Shown here piece after piece: positions 59,444 through 64,000 of a stretch of DNA of 64,000 nucleotides. A model generated the notes under the pieces. The model was not told the DNA's origin. It saw nothing but the letters and a program-made list of their open reading frames with translations, and ran no database searches. This DNA comes from Fibrobacteria bacterium. Its GTDB lineage: Bacteria > Fibrobacterota > Fibrobacteria > UBA11236 > JADFYW01. Where the stretch lies: contig JBNKOC010000016.1 in the NCBI GenBank assembly GCA_050294405.1, forward strand, positions 256,001 through 320,000. Direction: 5' to 3'. Positions within the stretch are counted from its first letter, which is position 1; each line of letters opens with the position of its first letter. The translations under genes were made by a program, and so were the position numbers.

Positions 59444-59637
59444 GTTTGTGTTGTTGTAGCAATCGAATACCGGTCCGGCCGGCCCTTTGCCCTTTATAAG
59501 CAAAGAATAATTAACCGGAGATCGAAAGATTGGTAATAGAGATCGGGCTAAAGGGCTGTGTGCCAAATTTCATAGCGGTCTCAGGAAAATGTTGCTAGCT
59601 CTTCTATACATATGAGCCCAATTACCGCTGGAACACT

Positions 59638-61629
59638 ATGATATTAAGTACCCCAAATACTTCCGGTAATTCGGCGGCGTCCATACGAAATGGAAAAGTT
59701 CCGCGAGTTGTAATCATTGGAAATGGCATGGTATGTATGCATTTCTTACGAAAATGCATTCAATACAACTTGAATAAGGAATTCAAATTATTGGTTATAG
59801 GCGAGGAAGTCCAACCTGCCTATGATAGAATACATTTGACTGATTTATTCCAGCTAAAAGATGAAAAGGAACTATGGCTTGAAGATTTCGACTGGTATGC
59901 CACCCATCAAATCGCTCTTGTAACTCGTGAACAGGTTGTCCACATAAATAAAGATAAAAACATAATCGGAACCAGTTCAGGAAGGGAAATCGAATACAAT
60001 TATTTGATATTTGCTACAGGCGCCTATCCATTTGTCCCTCCTGTTCGGGGAAAAAAACACGAAGGCGTATTTACATATCGCAACATTTCAGATTTAATTT
60101 CCATAAAAAATTATTCGCAAAATTGTTCTAAAATTATGGTTATAGGTGGCGGGTTTTTGGGAATAGAAATAGCCAAAACTATGTTAGATCTGGGAAAAGA
60201 TGTTACCATAGTTTGTAATGCGAATAATTTAATGGCAAGGCAACTGAGTGACGAACCGGCGGAAATCTTAAAAAATTTAATATTAGCCGAAGGCGTCCAT
60301 ATTCTGTTTAAAAAAAGAATAACCCATATCAGAAGAAACGGCTCCTTAGTGGCAAAATTTTCAGATGGTTCAACTCTTCCTTCCGATGTTATTATTTTCA
60401 CCGCTGGTATTCGCCCCAGGGATGAGCTTGCAAAATTAGCCGCCTTGGATTGCCATATTGAAGGAGGGATAAAGGTAAATGACAATCTAGAAACTTCTTC
60501 TTCAAACATATTTGCCATGGGAGATTGTGTGGTGCACAATAATACTCGCTATGGTTTGGCAAGCCCTGGCTATCAAATGGCAGATGTTATTATTTCTCAA
60601 TTGAGAGGAAAAAAAGCTAAATTCCAGGGCGCGGATCAATCCACTACATTAAAATTTTTTGGGATTGAACTGGCTATGTATGGAGATTTTTTATCGGACT
60701 CCACCCACCTTATTTGGAAAACAGAAACCCAGTACCGGCGCCTGGTTACCGAAAAAGGGAAACTGATTGGTGTTCTTTCCATTGGTCCCTGGAAAGAGCT
60801 GGGAGAAATCCAGGCCTATATCAACACAAAAACGACTCTTAAACCAAAGGAGATTAAAAATTTTCAAAGTATGGGGAGCTTACAACTGGGAAAAGACAAG
60901 TCAGTCCAAAATTGGGCTGCAAACGCAGTTGTATGTAGTTGCCGCGGAGTCACTAAAGGAGAAATTTGCAGCTTAATTGAGAAAGGCGTTTGTGATTTTA
61001 AAGATATCTCTTCCCAAACAAGCGCATCCACTGTTTGCGGAACCTGCAAACCTTTAATAGAGGAGCTAATAGACCCATCCTCAACAGCGGTTCCGGAAAA
61101 AGCTTCCTGGAAGCTCCTGGCTTTTTTGTCCGGGTTCAGCCTTGTTTTTTCAATTCTTTATTTTCTATTGCCTGAACTGCCGTTTTCTGAATCTGTCCAA
61201 ACCGAACTGTTTAAACTGGAGGCATATTGGAAAGAGACTGAGTGGAAGCAAATCAGCGGGTTTAGCCTTTTGGGAACAATCCTTGTAAGCCTGTTTATGT
61301 CTCTCAGAAAAAGACTACAGTGGTTTAAAAAATTCAAATTCCAAATATTGCGGGCTATTCACGCCTTGCTTGCTCTCATAGCTATTGCAGTGTTTGCTTT
61401 GCATAGCGGGCTTAGATTTGGCACGGGGTTAAATATGTTTTTGAATGTATTGTTTGTTTTGTCCTGTGTAGCCGGAGCTTTTTCGGGTTTGTCGGTGGCA
61501 TTTGAAAGCTATAAAACAAGTCCATTCAGTAAAAGTTTGAAAGGTTCCGTCGTCCTCGTTCATATTTTGGGCACCTGGATGTTTCCTGCTATGTTAGTGT
61601 TTCACATTTTAACCTCTTATTATTATTGA
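59638..61629 (+). CDS. NirB-N-like NAD(P)H:FAD oxidoreductase + BFD-like [2Fe-2S] domain + C-terminal His-containing TM domain
   Basis: IIGNGMV, ATGAYPF, GGGFLG, TAGIRP, AMGDC, CSC..CGTC; about 5 TM helices with AIHAL, ALHSG, LVHIL, VFHIL. Confidence 0.85.
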   Translation: MILSTPNTSGNSAASIRNGKVPRVVIIGNGMVCMHFLRKCIQYNLNKEFKLLVIGEEVQPAYDRIHLTDLFQLKDEKELWLEDFDWYATHQIALVTREQVVHINKDKNIIGTSSGREIEYNYLIFATGAYPFVPPVRGKKHEGVFTYRNISDLISIKNYSQNCSKIMVIGGGFLGIEIAKTMLDLGKDVTIVCNANNLMARQLSDEPAEILKNLILAEGVHILFKKRITHIRRNGSLVAKFSDGSTLPSDVIIFTAGIRPRDELAKLAALDCHIEGGIKVNDNLETSSSNIFAMGDCVVHNNTRYGLASPGYQMADVIISQLRGKKAKFQGADQSTTLKFFGIELAMYGDFLSDSTHLIWKTETQYRRLVTEKGKLIGVLSIGPWKELGEIQAYINTKTTLKPKEIKNFQSMGSLQLGKDKSVQNWAANAVVCSCRGVTKGEICSLIEKGVCDFKDISSQTSASTVCGTCKPLIEELIDPSSTAVPEKASWKLLAFLSGFSLVFSILYFLLPELPFSESVQTELFKLEAYWKETEWKQISGFSLLGTILVSLFMSLRKRLQWFKKFKFQILRAIHALLALIAIAVFALHSGLRFGTGLNMFLNVLFVLSCVAGAFSGLSVAFESYKTSPFSKSLKGSVVLVHILGTWMFPAMLVFHILTSYYY

Positions 61630-63002
61630 TGCCTTCTTCCATATTTTATTTGGCCTTTGGACTGCTTTCTGTCTTAACGATTGTGGCGTTGGGTTATGGT
61701 TTATTTTCTGAAAATAAGTTGAGCGAACTTTATTTGCCTGGAGAGACAAGTTCCGGGCATTATCAAATAGAAATGAAGTGCTCTGAATGCCACGACCCAT
61801 GGAAAGGAGTAACTCAGGAAGCCTGTTTAAAATGCCATGAGGAGGAGTTGACTCGGGTCAAAGACACTCATCCTCAAAAAAAATTCAGAGACCCCCGCAA
61901 TGCCAATAAACTGGAACAAATCAATGTGATGCTTTGTACGACTTGCCACAAAGAACACAGGCCCAGAGAGACAAGGGAAATGGGAGTTACGCTTCCACTT
62001 GATTATTGCGCTTATTGCCACCAGGATATTGCTGAAGAAAGACCCACACATCAAAATCTGGAGTTTAATTCTTGCCAAACCTCGGGTTGCCATAATTACC
62101 ACGATAACCAGGGCACTTATACCGCCTTCCTGGAAAAACACACGGAAGATCCCTGGCTTTTTGAAAATAGAATTCGCCCTGTAAGGGACAGTGTGGAAAG
62201 TCCTCAGGCTACTAAAAACATGGAAGAGCTTGTCAGTGTTCCTGGCGATATAAGATATGCGGATAGCATTTTATTGGACTACAAAGCAGATATTCACTTT
62301 CTAAATGATGTTAGTTGCAAAGATTGCCACCTTAATGCTATTGATAGCAAGGGAAAAAATACAGCAGCGTGGAACAATTCTCCTGTATTTGAATCCTGCA
62401 AAAATTGTCATGAAATTGAAGCCAAGGGCTTTTTAGAAGGCCGTCATGGAATGCGGCTGGCTCAGGGTTTAGCTGCCATGAAGGTTTCTGATGCCCGGAT
62501 TCCAATGCAAGAAAGCGCAGCCCACAGGCAAATGGATTGTAGCGCCTGCCACCAGGCCCATGATTTTAATACAAAAAGGGCCGCCGTGGAATCATGTATG
62601 GAATGCCATGCCAGCAATCATGTGAAAAACTATACCCAAAGTAAACATTACACTCTATGGCAAAAAGAACTTGCCGGAGAGGCCCCGGCGGGCAGCGGCG
62701 TGTCCTGTGCCAGCTGCCACATGCCTAGAATAGAAACTGAGGATTCCACCCGCTATTGGGTAGACCACAATCAAAATAACAACCTAAGGCCAAATGAAAA
62801 AATGATTCGCACAAGTTGCTTAAATTGCCACGGGCTTCCCTTTAGCCTGCAAGCTTTAGCAGATTCTCTTTTAATTGAAAATAATTTTAATAGCCAACCC
62901 AGCCAAACCATAAAGTCTATTGACTGGGTTATAAGTCAGATGGAATCCAAAAACCCAAACCCCCCAAAAAAACAAGGAGAAGCAAATGAAAAGCTCGACT
63001 AA
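61626..63002 (+). CDS. Membrane-anchored multiheme cytochrome c (10 CxxCH + 1 CX4CH)
   Basis: Counted motifs: CSECH, CLKCH, CTTCH, CAYCH, CQTSGCH, CKDCH, CKNCH, CSACH, CMECH, CASCH, CLNCH; N-terminal TM helix. Confidence 0.93.
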   Translation: MMPSSIFYLAFGLLSVLTIVALGYGLFSENKLSELYLPGETSSGHYQIEMKCSECHDPWKGVTQEACLKCHEEELTRVKDTHPQKKFRDPRNANKLEQINVMLCTTCHKEHRPRETREMGVTLPLDYCAYCHQDIAEERPTHQNLEFNSCQTSGCHNYHDNQGTYTAFLEKHTEDPWLFENRIRPVRDSVESPQATKNMEELVSVPGDIRYADSILLDYKADIHFLNDVSCKDCHLNAIDSKGKNTAAWNNSPVFESCKNCHEIEAKGFLEGRHGMRLAQGLAAMKVSDARIPMQESAAHRQMDCSACHQAHDFNTKRAAVESCMECHASNHVKNYTQSKHYTLWQKELAGEAPAGSGVSCASCHMPRIETEDSTRYWVDHNQNNNLRPNEKMIRTSCLNCHGLPFSLQALADSLLIENNFNSQPSQTIKSIDWVISQMESKNPNPPKKQGEANEKLD

Positions 63003-63585
63003 AAAAATCATTTCCGCCATTGCAGGAGGATATTTGTTACTAACATTGGCGCTGTTTATTTCCGGCTGTGAGAAAGAAAGTGCGGCAAAGGAAGAATCTG
63101 GAATTTCTCCCAAAATAATGGCTGATGCTTTGCATACGGTGATGAAAGCGGACCGAACAGTTTACACTAAAAAAGTAATTCAGCGTCTGACCAAGGTGGA
63201 CAAAGTCATCAAAGCAAGCGAGCATTTTGAGGATGAGAAGGCATTGCCATTGCCTGCGCAAATGTTTCGCATGGGTTCGGAATTGAGTTCTGAATTAGAT
63301 ACTTCATTTAGCTATTCATTACTTTCCGAATGGCCCATCAACAAACAAAACTCCCCTAAAACCGATGTGGAAAAAGAAGGTTTGAAATACATCGCCGCAA
63401 ATCCAGGCGAAAATTTTTATGGAGAAGAAGTATTAGGAGGTAAAAAGTATTACACAGCTGTTTACCCTGATGTTGCTGTTGCTCCTGCCTGCGTGGATTG
63501 TCATAATGAGCACAAAGATACCCCCCGAACAGATTTTAAAATTGGCGAAGTTATGGGAGGAGTGGTAATAAGGATACCCTTATGA
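62986..63585 (+). CDS. DUF3365/Tll0287-like heme c lipoprotein
   Basis: Lipobox ISGC, LPLPAQM, PINKQNSP, ACVDCH, GEVMGG. Confidence 0.85.
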   Translation: MKSSTKKIISAIAGGYLLLTLALFISGCEKESAAKEESGISPKIMADALHTVMKADRTVYTKKVIQRLTKVDKVIKASEHFEDEKALPLPAQMFRMGSELSSELDTSFSYSLLSEWPINKQNSPKTDVEKEGLKYIAANPGENFYGEEVLGGKKYYTAVYPDVAVAPACVDCHNEHKDTPRTDFKIGEVMGGVVIRIPL

Positions 63586-63938
63586 AAATTTTAGTTGCAT
63601 TTTTGATTTCCAAATTAGTCTTAATGGTTTTACTAGGCTGTAAAGAAGAAACTGCCGCTGAAAAAAAAGTGGCAGAAGAAATTTCTCCAGGTGAGCAAAT
63701 TTGGAAAGCAAATTGTAAGGTGTGCCATCTTCAGGGAGTAGGTGGGGCACCGCCTATTGGAAATAAAAAAGCCTGGCAACACCGAGTGGGCCAGCCTTTG
63801 GACACATTGGTTTCGCATGCATTAAATGGTTACAGTAGCAGCCCGGATACTCAAATGCCTGCTCGTGGCGGCAATGAGCAATTATCCGATGAGGATATAA
63901 GGGCGGCCGTCACATATATGGTTAGTAAAAGTAAATAA
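63582..63938 (+). CDS. Cytochrome c5-family lipoprotein
   Basis: Lipobox LLGC, CKVCH, GAPPIG, W..R, MPARGG, LSDEDI. Confidence 0.9.
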   Translation: MKILVAFLISKLVLMVLLGCKEETAAEKKVAEEISPGEQIWKANCKVCHLQGVGGAPPIGNKKAWQHRVGQPLDTLVSHALNGYSSSPDTQMPARGGNEQLSDEDIRAAVTYMVSKSK

Positions 63939-63950
63939 AGGAGATAAAAA

Positions 63951-64000
63951 ATGAACCCGAATCAAATCGAAATTATCCGCTCTAATTGGAAAGAAGTTTC
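63951..64000 (+). CDS. Start of a probable globin or flavohemoglobin-like protein; runs off the right edge
   Basis: AAGGAG RBS, then MNPNQIEIIRSNWKEV, which resembles a globin A-helix (M..EQI.LV..SW..V). Only 16 codons are visible. Confidence 0.5.
   Translation, partial: MNPNQIEIIRSNWKEV

Noticed and set aside
59505..59585. c-di-GMP-I (GEMM) riboswitch
   Set aside because: A GAAA tetraloop and a CTAAA...TAGC segment resemble it, but the GGCAAA and GACGCAAA ligand-binding segments are missing. Kept only as a generic structured leader.
59638..63002. Naming the genes nirB and nrfA
   Set aside because: The first protein has no siroheme domain and the second has no CxxCK catalytic heme motif.
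160..63818. Numerous 60-170 aa ORFs nested in or antisense to long genes
   Set aside because: No motifs, and fully explained as alternative-frame shadows of well-supported CDS.
1..64000. CRISPR array, cas genes, rRNA, integrase or transposase
   Set aside because: No regularly spaced direct repeats were seen, and no ORF carries the relevant motifs.

Overview
AT-rich, gene-dense bacterial chromosomal window of about 55 CDS and one tRNA-Glu. No CRISPR array, rRNA or transposase is visible. Secreted proteins with T9SS-like C-terminal domains, a fused double UvrA and flagellar regulon signals suggest a Fibrobacterota/FCB-type organism (inference). 1-40 kb is mostly housekeeping (rlmH, RluA, holA, greA, argJ, glyA, two Dus, msrB, tal, double uvrA). 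It is interspersed with an unannotated FlgM-like mini-gene, an orphan sigma28-driven flagellin, a KaiC-like ATPase and several ERIC-like palindromic elements. 40-47 kb encodes secreted enzymes: a PL9-like lyase and two paralogous beta-propeller dehydrogenase-like proteins. The best candidate for an undescribed system is 47.5-59.3 kb. There an operon joins a VTC polyphosphate-polymerase domain and its DUF4956 membrane partner to HlyD and TolC-like export proteins. It converges on a lipoprotein dikinase whose domain order (His-swivel then ATP-grasp) matches plant glucan-water dikinases, and it is flanked by lamin-tail proteins and a secreted acid phosphatase. A second candidate is 59.4-64 kb: a putatively sigma54-driven operon with an NAD(P)H flavoprotein fused to a His-rich membrane domain, an 11-heme cytochrome, DUF3365, cytochrome c5 and a probable globin.
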